From contig OX638159.1 in NCBI GenBank assembly GCA_951804945.1, forward strand, positions 45,880,001-45,944,000: 64,000 bases of DNA, given 5' to 3'. This document shows, one piece after another, positions 49,033 to 62,060 of the stretch. Position 1 is the first letter of the stretch. Every line of letters begins with the position of its first letter. A model generated the notes under the pieces. The model made no database searches and was not told the origin of the DNA. It saw nothing but the letters and a program-made list of their open reading frames with translations. A program made the position numbers and the translations under genes. Source of the stretch: Podarcis cretensis (Eukaryota).

Positions 49033-49071
<39 letters not shown>

Positions 49072-50066
49072 TGATGTTTTGAAAAATGTATGTGGCAAAA
49101 CTGCTATTTGGTTATTTTCTTTCAGTAGTTTCCACATTAAGAGACAGATCTTACTTGCTGTCAAGAGTAATTAAATCATTTCAACAATTTTATAAAATAA
49201 GTGAGATAACGGCACGTTAAATTCAGAGCTAAAACCTTAAACAGAATAAAAGCAGAATTAGCAATGTGTGCTGTTTTATACTGAATGAAAATGCTTCTGT
49301 AAAATCACATTTAATGTTCCTTCAAAGTCTTGTCTTACATGTTAAACAAGTAAATTGGTTTTTCTTAGAAATAAGTCTTCACAATATTACTGTTTTTCAC
49401 TTTCTAATAAAGGTTAGTTCATGTTGCTGATAGATAAAACAAACAAACAAACAAACATGACATCCAGAAAATAGAAAATTATATACGGCCTTCTAATAGA
49501 TACTGCTGTTTCCTAGGTAGGGAAGTTGTTGCTTTTTATTATACCAACTGCTTTCTCATTTAAGCCTGGACCCAGGTTACATAATTTATAACCAGTGACT
49601 TACAACTGTGGGCATTTAGGATTTATGAATGCGGAAGGGATTGTATTCTTTAGTGTCTACATGACACTCTCCTGTTACCTTTACCACATTCCCATAGGGT
49701 AGACCCTCCACACACATCACCAAAGCTTTATCATAAATCTATTAAAAATATACAGTTGCAAGGAGCCTTTGTCTTCATAAATCTGATTTATAGCCACCTG
49801 CTAAAGATGACTATGAAAACATTTGGTAGGAATCACCCTGACAACCTGAGAGGAGTACAACACAAAGGCCAAAGGAGCTTGAGTGTCCCACGCTATTTCA
49901 ACAGGGCTAATCTTACGGCCTTACATAAGCAAAAAACACATGCTCTGGTGGGGATTTTGCACAGGGAGATGGAGCATCACATAGGAACATAAAGTAGGGG
50001 AAATGGGTCATGGCCCCACCAACCTCAATCTGTCCTCAGCCAGCACCAGTACCACCCCTTACCTGC

Positions 50067-50406
50067 TGTCAGAAACTGGATGGACGCAAAGGAATGCTGG
50101 AGGAACCAGCTGGGGAACCCCCAAGGGAAGCAGGCTCAGTGCCCAGGGAGAGGTGGTGGGATGATGACGAGTAGTCAGAGGGAGAAGACTGGGAGGAGGA
50201 GGAGGTATCAGAAGCTGAAGAGGTTACAGGGCTTAGTGAGAGGAGAAGGTAGTTTCATGCGGCCACAGTCTCAGATTGCTTTGGGAAAACCTTGGAGAGA
50301 GGGGGACTTAAGCAGCTGTGGAGAGGCAGGGACCTTCAGTCTTAGCAACTGCTTCATAGGGGAAAGACTTACCAAAGATGAGTTGCTGTGCCCATTAGGC
50401 CTGACA
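50067..50406. mobile_element. Possible degraded solo LTR
   Basis: TGTCAG...CTGACA termini, purine-rich body, imperfect flank duplication CTGC/CTCC. Confidence 0.4.
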
Positions 50407-53400
50407 CTCCTGTGCAGATCCTGTTTTTGCTAACTCCACTTGCTTGGTGCAATTTACTGCAGGTTTGCTCCTGTCACCTGCCTTCATACTTACAACCAGC
50501 TTGGTGGGTGACACTGCCTGTCAGCTTCCCCCTCCTTAATCTCATCATCACCGTGTTGGAACAAGTTCTCAACCTCAAGAAAACTGATTATAAAAAGTGG
50601 AGAACTACAAACTGACAATTGCAGCTGGTCTAAGAGCTCTGACAAAGGTTTAAAAATGGTGCCACCTGCTCAGTGATAAAGGGCCTCTCTACAGGTGGTT
50701 TAGGTGGACCCTCGGTGATACTGTGATGATCAGGGATGGTTAATATATCTTCAACATTTCGTGAAGATCTGCATATCTGAGTCATCAGATATTAAATTGC
50801 CATCAGGTAAAACTTTCATATTCAGCCACTGAACTTCAAGTCACCCATTCAGCCACTGAAGGGTTGAGAAGCCAAGTGTACATGTGACTCTCTCTTTGTG
50901 TGTATCGGTCTTACGTTGCACCTTTAGCTTAGAAATAAATATTTTTGTATGCAAAGCACTCACATCTAAAGTACTCCCACTAGAGACTTGTTTAAGCCTT
51001 TGGGAGTTAATACGTTAGGGAATTGCATTTTTTAAACCTTTGAAACAACAAGTTTAACAAGCTCTACAAATACTGTGTAGTTTTCCATTGGCTTCAGTGA
51101 AAAGTTTGATGGGGACCATAGTCTACCTTCACTCTTGTACTTAAGGCACAACAGTCTACAGTAGAGCTGGGTGATGAGAGCTTGTACACGTACCCCACTG
51201 TAATATGAATAACATAATTATTAACCCCCCAAAATGTGTGTGGATTCACACATGTACATGAACTGGACACCCACCCACCCCTGCTTCTCAATCTATGGTG
51301 AAATGGATAGGGCAGCTTTGGATTACTTCAGTTTTGGGATCTAATTTGTTTAGGGATAACTTTTACTACAAAATCTTAAAATCATAAACCTTTTTACACT
51401 TACTCCCCCCCCCTTTTTTTTTTTTACTTATCATGCTCCAATCTTCTTTGGAATAAATCAGGATACATTCTAAAGCACACACAAAAAGAAAGTACAAACT
51501 ATTTCTCAGAATTCTGTATTCTCCTTCTCCAGTGGATTGGTTATTAAAGCAAGGTTAATTATATTTGGTCCAGATTTTTATTTTTATTTTTACTCAAATG
51601 TGATCTAGGAGATATGAGGACCTTTAAAATGTGACTTGGGTCACACATTTAAATAACAGCTTTACAGGCATTCTTTGCTTTTAAATTAGGTCACTGGTGT
51701 TCTTTCTTTGAACACTCTGTTCTAATTGGAACAATAAATCATTGACGATATGCAGAATAGATTCCCTTCTAAGGTGGACAACTGGACTGTGCCTTATTAC
51801 TGCTCCTAACATGTGCAGTGCATTCTGTTATTGCCTGTTAAGAGACATGGTGTCAGTATGAAAGCATTGCCTTGTTTCATTGTTCAGCTAAAGCCAATCT
51901 CCTCCTGCATTTAGTTGACGTTAATTAATGAATTGAGGCATACCTTCTACATGCCTTTTGCTGGAAGAAGAGCTTAGGGTGCCCTAAGATATGTTAAATC
52001 AGGGTCATAGATGACATAAGAGATATCACACTTGCAGATAAGCATTTGTGTTCTCAAGCTTAGATATTTGCGAAAGCAAAAACAAAAAACAGTAGCAAAT
52101 AGATTTTTCCCTTATCCCTTTGCATAGGTCATGACTCACCTATCCCATACATACCTGCAAAGGATTCTCTTTATTCCACTTCCATTGATTGATCACTGTA
52201 TCATTCTGGGTTTCTTGTTCAGAAAATGTATTTCCTTTTGGTATATCACAGTCCTATGCTTATTTACCTGGGAAGAATTCTCACTGAACTCAGTGGGGCT
52301 TATGACTGAGTAGGCATGAATAGGACTAGACTGTTAAATGTAGTTTATTAATTCTATCTCAATTTTCTCCAGCTTTTCAGTTCTCCCAACCCAGCCAGGG
52401 GGAAAAAAAATTCAGCTAAGCGAATTGCAAATTTGTAATACAGCCAAATTCTTCACATCCTTCTGGTTATTACTCTAATATACGAACATGACATATGCAA
52501 ATGGTGCAGAAGCTAGCTATATCTAACATGTCCATACCTCAGAGTTTTGCATTCAGGCCAAGGCAGAGTGCGTTCATCAACTGGGTTTGCTTTATAGGCA
52601 AATCACACTGGTGGAAAGTAATAGCCTTTGATTGTTCTTCTTCTAGCCATTTGAATCTATGACATTCAAGTCCATTTATTTTCAGTTTGTAGTGTTGATT
52701 CCTACCCTTTTATTGCCTCAATCCATGAGATGATTCAAATCCTCTTAATCTAGTGTACGTCTATTTAGGAGTAGGTTACATCGAAGTCAACTTGCATTAC
52801 TTCTGACTGAATTCTGCATTGGATTTGACTGTACACATCTGGACAGAGAAATGAGTGTTTCTTCTGTCCCCCACCCCAAGTGGAAACAGCTCCAGATTGC
52901 ACCTGGAAAAGCTGTGTTTTCCATAATCAGAGTTGAAAGCTTGTTAAATATGGGCAATTCTTATTGGTAGCTGCACACCCTAGTTGGACTTGATGGTTCT
53001 TCTCCCTATACAACTACTGGAGCTAGCGTACATAGCTTGGTTAGAAAACTAGCTTTGATCAAGTAACACGACTGCAGGAGGGGATGGGAAAATTTACTGA
53101 CTCCTGTGTGCATACACGTTTAGATCAGGCTGCTCAAATGGATTCTGAAATGCGAGCAGATTTGTCCTCACATGTCAGATGTTGTGGTGCAAGACCCAGA
53201 GGTGGACTTAGCCTATAAAAGAAAACAGGCTTTTAGTGCTGGAGGTGCAGCTTCACTGCCTTGATGTTTTTATGCTATGAAGCGGTTTATAAGTGTGTTT
53301 AATAGGTAATGAATAAATATTTGTCTACCCTGGTGTAAAATCGATACATGTTTGCTGCATAGCCTTGCATGGCTTTCCAAGCCCTGTTCATGCAGCAGCA

Positions 53401-55636
53401 AATAGAAACGTTTTCTGTTTACCACTCTGTTGGGTGGTAAATCAGAAACAAAAGCATGGGACAATGGATTAGGATAGGGTCACTGAGTAGCTATAGGCCA
53501 AGAAAACTACATGTTGTAGCCATGGTGTTTGTGTTAAGAAGCCTATTTTCACATTCCCGCCTCTCAGATGTTCTGATGATAGGTGTTGGCAGAACATTGT
53601 CACGGTATAAATCTGTGAATTCCTTCGGAGTTGTTGTGGATATTTAGTTAATCTACAGTGATTAGTATATTGGAAAGCTTCTTTTTGGACTTAATTTTTG
53701 TTATAGGAAAGAGAAGTTCTGTTCACATGCTGAGATCTTAGATGCATCAGGTTTCTGGTGGAAATATCATTGTTTCCTCTTCGCTTCACTTTCTAATCTA
53801 TCTTCTCTTCTTCAGCCTATCCAGAATTCTCTTTCTGAGGTTTCCTGGCATTTACTCTTGGCTGATGATTGGCAGTCATTATTTCATCCTTTTAAGGGGC
53901 CACATAATTAGACTGTTGTCACTTACTTGTCTCAATAGAAGTTTCTATAGGGATTGGGGAATTTTCAGCACCTCTTCAAACTTTATTTCCCAGGATCCTT
54001 GGGCCATGACAGTTTAAGTAACAGAAGCCTATGAACACTTTGGATATAGATAAACGCTCAGTTTCGAGAAATCATTTTAGAGCTAATCACAACCCTTTTT
54101 AAAAAAAATAATTGAGTGTTACCATCAATCATCACCACCCCACTGATGCAGGCATCTTCAACCTTTTCAGAGCCAGGACACAGTTTTTACCCAAACATGC
54201 ACTTGGGGATCCATTTCTTAACCATTTACTATATATTTGCATGGTGCTCGTGCTCCTCTTGTGACCTACATTGGATCAGACCACAGCCCACTAGTGGGCC
54301 CTGACCCACAAGTTGAAAACCAGTGCTCTAATGAATTTGTTATGACTTGCATTTTTCACATTCAAATGCTACATTTTTAGGTGTATGCATGTGTGAAGAG
54401 TGGGAATGAGGAAGAATTTTGATTCAGCATTTAAAGGCGAACCTAACACAAGTCACACTCTTCACAACAATATGCAAACTTCACACTTCTCCAAATTTTG
54501 CAGTGCAGAATTTATCCAGACAAGCAATAAGTACCGAAATGCATGTAATAGGTTAAAGTGAGCACATAAAGGTATATATTAGTGAAACTAACATATTAAA
54601 AATGCATTATATTCAGGAAAATGGCTTTACAAACCTATCTGTGTTAGGCAAAAATGTGTCTATAAGGAGAAACATGCAGTAAAATGCTGGTTAATTTTCA
54701 TGAGGACTAAAAAATACCACATAATTTCATTTCCCAAGGTTAGAAAAATGAAAAACTTAGAGAAATCAAAATTGTCAGATCCACCCATCCCCAGTGAAGA
54801 AGACTACAATTCATAGCCATTTAAAATGGCTGAGAAGAACCTCGGAATGTGTTGCTACTTCTGGTTAAATTGTCCAAATTGGCCTTGCAACTTGAAATAT
54901 ATACTTTGTGAATGTGTTAAGTTAGCTTTTTAAAAATGGTGAGACTTTGTAACAGGGCTGGGGAACCTGTGACCCCTCTGAAGTTGCTAGACTAGGCTTT
55001 CTTCATGCCTGACAATTGACCATGCTTGTAGTTGGAGTTGAAGAACATCTGGAACTCTAAGGCTCACTACCTTTGCTTTCTAGAAACGAATTAAGTAAAG
55101 CAAACGAAAGAAATGTTATGATAATTCAGCATGTTATATGCTTCCCTGAGCTACCCTGCAATTAAACTCAGACATTTCAAATACTGAGGTGAAATATTAC
55201 CTTATGCCTTTTAGTTAATATTAAGATATTATATACACTTGTTCAAAAGTAGTATCCACAACTTTTGTGTTGTGCATAGTAATTGGCAAGTTGAGAGAGA
55301 GAAACTTCAGTGTCTCCTGCCAAACACAGAAGCCTGTGAGATGCCAAAATAACAATGTTTGACATAGCCTTGTCCAGTTCTGGCACTAAGTGATGATATT
55401 TCAGCATGGCGTAGGTTGGAATTGGTCTGGAAACTGTGCTGAGGGGAAAGGCAGGCACAGTTCATCCCCCAGCTAAATCCTTTCTTAGGCAGCATGCTAG
55501 GGGAAGTCGCACAGGCTTAAAATCTGTTGGCCTACTTATTTTATTGGCTCTCAATACAGCTTACAAAAATTAAAGTAAAACATAAAGACACAACTGAAGA
55601 TATCAGGAATGCCTTTAATTTAAGTTACAACTTTTA

Positions 55637-55673
<37 letters not shown>

Positions 55674-55837
55674 TAGTGCACAAATGCATTTCTTCCTTTA
55701 CTTGATTCTTCAGTGCCCGATGACTCTCGGTTAATGTGGGTACTGTCTCAATTGAAAAGTATTATTTGAGATGAGATTCAAGTACAGTGGTACCTCTGGT
55801 TACATACTTAATTCGTTCCAGAGGTCCATTCTTAATG

Positions 55838-56182
55838 TTCTGAAGGAGCATCTCCACCCCCATCATTCAGCCCGGATACTGAGATCCAGCGCCAAGGGCC
55901 TTCTCTTCATTGCGAGAAGTGAGGTTACAGGGAACCAGACAGAGGGCCTTCTCGGTAGTGGCGCCTGCCCTGTAGAATGCCCTCCCTTCAGATGTGAAGG
56001 AAATAAGCAGCTATCTTCTCTTAAAAAGACATCTGAAGGCAGCCCTGTTTAGGGAAGTTCTTAATATTTGATGCTGTGTTGTTTTTAACACTTGATTGGA
56101 AGCTGCCCAGAGTGGCTGGGGAAACTCAGCCAGATGGGCGGGGTATAAATAATAAATTTATTATTATTATTATTATTATTAT
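55838..56182 (+). mobile_element. LINE (L2-like) 3' fragment with (ATT)n tail
   Basis: Ends GCCCAGAGTGGCTGGGGAAACTCAGCCAGATGGGCGGGGTATAAATAATAAA(TTA)n. The same 3' end occurs on the minus strand at ~33061-33200. Confidence 0.75.
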
Positions 56183-56359
56183 TAACCTGAAACTGTTCTT
56201 AACCTGAAGCACCACTTTAGCTAATGGGGCCTCCTGCCGCCGCTGCGCAATTTCTGTTCTCATCCTGAAGCAAAGTTTTTAATCTGAGGTACTATTTCTG
56301 GGTTAGCAGAGTCTGTAACATGAAGCGTCTGTAACCTGAAGCGTATGTAACCCAAGGTA

Positions 56360-56732
56360 AAAGGTAAAGGTAAAGGTACCCCTGCCCATACGGGCCAGTC
56401 TTGACAGACTCTGGGGTTGTGCGCCCATCTCACTTAAGAGGCCAGGGGCCAGCGCTGTCCGGAGACACTTCCGGGTCACGCGGCCAGCGTGACATTGCTG
56501 CTCTGGCCAGAGCCAGAGCCAGAGCCGCACACGGAAACGCCGTTTACCTTCCCGCTGGTAAGCGGTCCCTATTTATCTACTTGCACCCGGAGGTGCTTTC
56601 GAACTGCTAGGTTGGCAGGCGCTGGGACCGAGCAGCGGGAGCGCACCCCGCCGCAGGGATTCGAACCGCCGACCTTTCGATCGGCAAGCCCTAGGCGCTG
56701 AGGCTTTAACCCACAGCGCCACCTGCGTCCCC
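56360..56732 (-). mobile_element. Sauria SINE, young, inserted in a MITE TIR
   Basis: Same subfamily as 1869-2230. TSD TAACCCAAGGTA at 56348-56359 and 56733-56744. Confidence 0.93.
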
Positions 56733-57536
56733 TAACCCAAGGTACCACTGTATAAAAAATAAGGAAAAACAGACTGGGGTCTGCTCCAATGACCAGCAAT
56801 TTCTGTGTCCCTTCCATGAAGAACTATCATATAGACATAGCCTCCACTACTGGGCTAAACAATCTGACAAAGGTGCCTGAATAACTTTACAATCCCCAGC
56901 CCCCCTTTTCAAATGTCCATAGAAGTGAAGTGCTGCCCTTTAAGATACCTATTTCACATGAGTTTTTGGTTCAAAAATGTGTGGTATGCAAGAAAAGGAA
57001 TGAATTAATAACATCTTCCTGGTAGTTACCTTCCCTTGGGCAGCTGTTGTTTTCTCTTTATGCTTTCCAGAGAGAATATTGCAAAGTCATGTTGTGTCAT
57101 CAGAAAGAAATAAAATAAAATTCAGTTCTGCCCAGTATATTCTTTGGCTGTGGCGTGGAAGCATCTTTCTAGGCACGTACGCATGCATTTAGCCAAATGT
57201 TTCTGGAGGTTTGGCAGCCACTGGTATACATGCATTCATCTGGAGAGCCAGTCATCTGTGGCAATGTCGTATGGTGGACTTGATCCTATCACAACCTTTT
57301 TTGCTCGGGTTCTGATCAGTGGTGTGTATGTGGAAGAAATTGTTTTGCCATGCAGCCAGATGCAACGTATTGGACCAGGTGCCAAGTAGTGTAGGCTTCC
57401 TGTTAACCACAGTTAAAGGACTGGGAGTGGACTGTAGCAATCTGATCATGCAGCGCCTTATCTTCTTGGGAGCAATGTGTGAGCGACCTGCACACCTGAC
57501 CTGTATGCCACCATCAAGGTATTGGGTACTAAGTCA

Positions 57537-57783
57537 GAAGAAGAAGAAGAGTTTGGACTTGATATCCCGCCTTTCACTCCCCTTAAGGAGTCTCAAAGCA
57601 GCTAACAATCTCCTTTCCCTTCCTCCCTCACAACAAACACTCTGTGAGGTGAGTGGGCCTGAGAGACTTCAGAGAAGTGTGAGTAGCCCAAGGTCACCCA
57701 GCAGCTGCATGTAGAGGAGTGGGGAAGTGAACCCAGTTCACCAGATTATGAGTCCACCACTCTTAATCTCCACGCTGGCTCTC
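57537..57783 (-). mobile_element. tRNA-derived SINE family B
   Basis: Reverse complement of family B with (GAA)n tail. Confidence 0.87.
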
Positions 57784-57872
57784 TTTATGCAACATTTCAT
57801 TGTCAAAATTAGGCAGCCCTTGAAGCACTGAGAATCTATGCCTCTTATGGATGGGTGGATTTGTCTCTTTGT

Positions 57873-58257
57873 AAAGGTAAAGGTAAAGGACCCCTGACAG
57901 TTAAGTCCAGTTGCAGTTGACTCTGGGGTTGCAGCCCTCATCTCGCTTTACAGGCTGAGGGAGCTGGCATTTGTCTGCAGACAGTTTTTCCAGATCATGT
58001 GGCCGGCATGACTAAGCCACTTCTGGTACAACGGAACACCGAAACCAGAGCAGTGCACAGAAATGCTGTTTACATTCCCACCAGAGTGGTACCTATTTAT
58101 CTACTTGCACTTTTTGGCATGCTTTTGAACTGCTAGGTTGGCAGGAGCTGGGACCAAGCAACGGGAGCTCACCCTGTTGTGGGGATTCGAACCACTGACC
58201 TTCTGATTGGCAAGCCCAAGAGGCTCAGTGGTTTAGACCACAGTGCCACCCGCGTCC
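57873..58257 (-). mobile_element. Sauria SINE (older subfamily)
   Basis: (AAAGGT)n at the left, reverse-complement head at the right. Confidence 0.9.
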
Positions 58258-61200
58258 TTTTTGTACTCCATGTCAATTTTACCATATGTACATTCATAAA
58301 TCCATTCAGTCCCATTTCTGCATAAACCTGCATTTTTTTAAAAAAAGAAAACCAACCACCATGAAAAGTAATATTTAGATACACACCTGAATAATATTGA
58401 AATAGATATATTATCTTAATGTATACATTTCTTTGAGCTGAAAACTCTGTTGAAAAATTCAGATAAGTGTGAAATCTGAAGGATAATAGCATCCTCATCT
58501 ATGCATTAGACTGGGACTTGTGAGTTAGGTTACTTCCTTAAAAACATGGACTGAAAGAAATTCACCTCCATGCTTAAAGCATCTAAGTTACTATCTGTAT
58601 CATACACAAATCAATAACTGTAGCACAAAATTAAAAGATCCCAATATACTCTGGCAAAATGCAGGAAAATCAATCATTTCGTAGTAAAAGCACCAGTTGG
58701 AAACCGAGTGCTCCTAGTGGTAGATTTCCAGTATGATTTGAGTTAATGTGGTTTGATATTTGGCACCATTTGTAACCTTGAACATTATCATAATTGTTTC
58801 TCTCTCCTGCAGACGCAATCCTCTGTGAATATGGTTTCACACAAAACCAGCAATTGCAAGATAAACAGCAGTTGATTGTGGTACTTTGGAAAGCCTATCT
58901 TGGCCCTAAAAGTCCTGTCTCTCTGTCTCTCTCTCTGGCAGGAAGGAGGGAAACATATCAAATAACATCTGCATTTAACATCTGAATATGGGTTTTCACC
59001 ACTTGCCCCTGATTTTCCTCCCTTCCCATGCGTTCTCTCAAAAATATGTTTTTTATTCTTCTTTTCTTTCTTGATTTCACCCCACCTCCTTTCTGGAGAA
59101 GACAGCAGAATGTGTGTACACTACCTCGTGTAATAGATTTGGAAAGGGGGCATTACACACCCGGTTGTCTTTTTTACCTGCAGCAACACAATTGCATGTA
59201 TTTCTGCACTTGTGGGGTTTTAAATGTGTTTAAGGGGTTCGATGATGACATAGTTCAATAGCTTTAAACCTTTTTGGATCCAGCTTGGAGTTACATTTAT
59301 TTTTATTTTTGAGCAAATATTCCTGTCCTCGGTTTTCTGTCTTTCTTCTTCCTATTCCCTTTCACTCGATGCCTGTTTTGGCACCCATTGATACTGCACT
59401 TTTATTTATTAAATTTCACTTTTATCCTGCCTTGCCTCCAAGAAACTCAAGGTGGCATACATAGTTATGATCATTGCCTCCTCATAAACAGCCTTGGACA
59501 CTAGATTAAGCTGAGAGATAGTGACTTTGCCCAGAGTCACCCCGAAACCTTCATGGCTGAGTGGGGATTTGAATCTGGGACTCCCCAGTTTGAGTCTGAC
59601 ACTATGATTCAGGGATGGGAAGAGCTCTCCAGATGTTGTTGAACTCCAAATCACATCAGCCTCAGCCAACATGGCCAGTGACCAGGACTGATAGGAGCTG
59701 GAGGAGTCCATCGACATCTGGACCAACACAGGTCCCCTATCCCTACTATAAATGCTAACTCAGACTTGACCCACTTTACTCATCAGGAGAATAATATTTC
59801 TGGTTTTGAATTTTTTTTTATTTTTTTTTTGATGCTACAATTTGTTTTTCTGCACAAGCATTTCAAGAATGTAAAAAAAAGTATGTTCAACAAGGGGAAA
59901 GGAGAAACAAAAGACCACTGAGAGTGAAGGGTGGAGATGTAATCTATATTGGATAATTACCTCAAGGAATACAACAGAACATAGTGGAGAAATTTCACTC
60001 ACCAGTGAGGCCCCTATGGTAAGGTTATATAAGGTTCATTAATAAATCTAACTTGGAGATCAAATAAAAGCTGAATCGTTTGCGTAGAACAGTGCTGCAA
60101 GCCAAAGAACCTCATTAGTTTGAGAATGGAACTGCGTAAAACTTCTTGAAGGTCATTTATATGCCGAACGGACATATACCAGGACCAGCATTTTTTTTTT
60201 ATCATGTGCCCACATAAATCAGAGAAAGTAAAGCAAAATCAAATCAACACTGGGGTAGAATAAAGAATGTAAGCAGACGGATGCTGCCATGTTCCCTTGC
60301 AGGTTCTCATTCATCATCCCACAGGCTATTTAGCAGGCAAGCTGCAAACTGGATTAACCTGCACAGCATACCTTAGCAAGGGATCTGCCAATTTGGACAG
60401 GTGCAGCCCAGGATAGCTTGCTCTCCTACGTAGCTTTGGATTCTGGGGTGCAACTTTAAGCTGAATCTTTTACAGGGGATCCCGAGGAAGGCATCCCTCT
60501 CAGATCATGTGATGCCTTCATCGGCACCCCTAAAAAGATTTCTGCATCAAGGAACAACTTTGATTAGCCACCCCCAAGTTTGCATCAACCAGCACAGCCA
60601 GTGGTCAGGTAGAATGGTAGTTGTAGCCCAACTTCGCTGGAGGGCACCAGGTTGAGGAAGCCTGGCTTAGGTTGATTTTGTAATCTAGCCAGCCATGAGT
60701 TTGGAACTATCTACCAAAGTGGTATCTCCTTATAACACAACTATTGCTTACTAAACAGTTCTGCCTGATAAAGCCTGAAGGAATAAATAACGCAGCTTCA
60801 GTGCTTTTTTGGCAACTTTCCCATCACCTCTCCTATAGGGGACAGTTTTTTCCCCTCCTTCTCCCAACCTGGAGAGAAGTTGGTTATTCCAAAGATAGAC
60901 ATTGGGATGAGCTACAGATATTACAGAATACTTCTCTCTTCAGACCCAGTCAGCATGGTCAGTGGAGGGCACCAGGTTGCTTATCCCTGGTTTATTCCAT
61001 TACCAACTGCACCATCCTGAAGTCCTGATTATATAATAAAACAGCATCTGGAAGTGTTCAAAAATTCAGAAAGGAATTGATCTAGTCTGGTATTAGATGT
61101 GTAACGAGCCCCTCCTATCTGTATGGTCACTTCTCCATGACCTGACTTAAGGGAATATGTGAAATTCATTTCAGTTAGTAAACGGTATTCTGTGGCTTTG

Positions 61201-61679
61201 CGCCTCAGACCACACACCCAGAAAGAAGCATCCTGATTTTTGCTCAGAATTTACCGTATTGGCTTTGCTTCTCACATTTTGCCACATATACACTTGCAGA
61301 CAGACCTCACAGCTGATTCTGCTTATGGAACAGGAAGTGTTTTGCAATGGCAAAAGGTTCACAAAGGGAGGAGGAGTAGGAAAGAGAACGAGGGCTTCTA
61401 CAAAGAGATTATTTTGAAAAAGGCAATGTTCCCTTCACCACCGGTTCTGTGCATGCGTTATGACGGTGAATAAGACTCAGACAGGATGGCCTGTCTTGGG
61501 GTAATAATAATAAAAAACAACATTCTGACGTGGCAAAGGGGTTTGAATAGGAATGTGTTTCCAAACTATTTCCAGTGTACCTTAAGAATCTTTTTTCATA
61601 CTAAGCCATAGGCCATGCTGTTAACATGAGAAGTCAGCATATTCATCATTCGTTCACTGCATTACAGCAATTCACAATG

Positions 61680-62060
61680 GTGAATCCTGGAGCTGGAAGC
61701 AACCTCAGAGCTCATCTAGTCCAACCCTCTGCTGATATAGTGTATCTGCTGCTACAGCATTTCTGATTGGTAGCCCCCTGGGCTCTGCTTAACAGTCTCC
61801 AAAGGAGGATGGTCCATCATCTTCCAAGGCAATCTGTTCTATTGTCAAACAGTCCATACCGTCAGGACATTCCTCCTAATCCCCTCTCTCACAATTTCAA
61901 CCTTTGTTCAGGTCTTAGAGTTACAGAAGACAAACTAGCTCCATCATTTTTTGTGACAGATCTTCAAATATTTGAACATGGCCATCATATCACCCTGTAA
62001 TGGAGCCTTATTCAGGCTAGACATACACAGGCATACCTTATAGAAGTCAGTCTCCAGGAC
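61680..62060 (-). mobile_element. CR1 LINE 3' relic
   Basis: GAATCCTGGAGCTGGAAG...TCATCTAGTCCAACCC pattern. A short (ATCATAGA)n CR1 tail also lies at ~44874-44925. Confidence 0.6.

Larger units (their letters stand above)
55785..56750. mobile_element. MITE family A copy interrupted by an L2-like 3' fragment and a Sauria SINE
   Basis: TIRs at 55785 and 56750, MITE body resumes at ~56182. Confidence 0.88.

Noticed and set aside
50757-50788. Minus-strand CTGATGA...GAAA hammerhead-like core
   Set aside because: Intervening bases do not form stem II and no flanking stems are evident.
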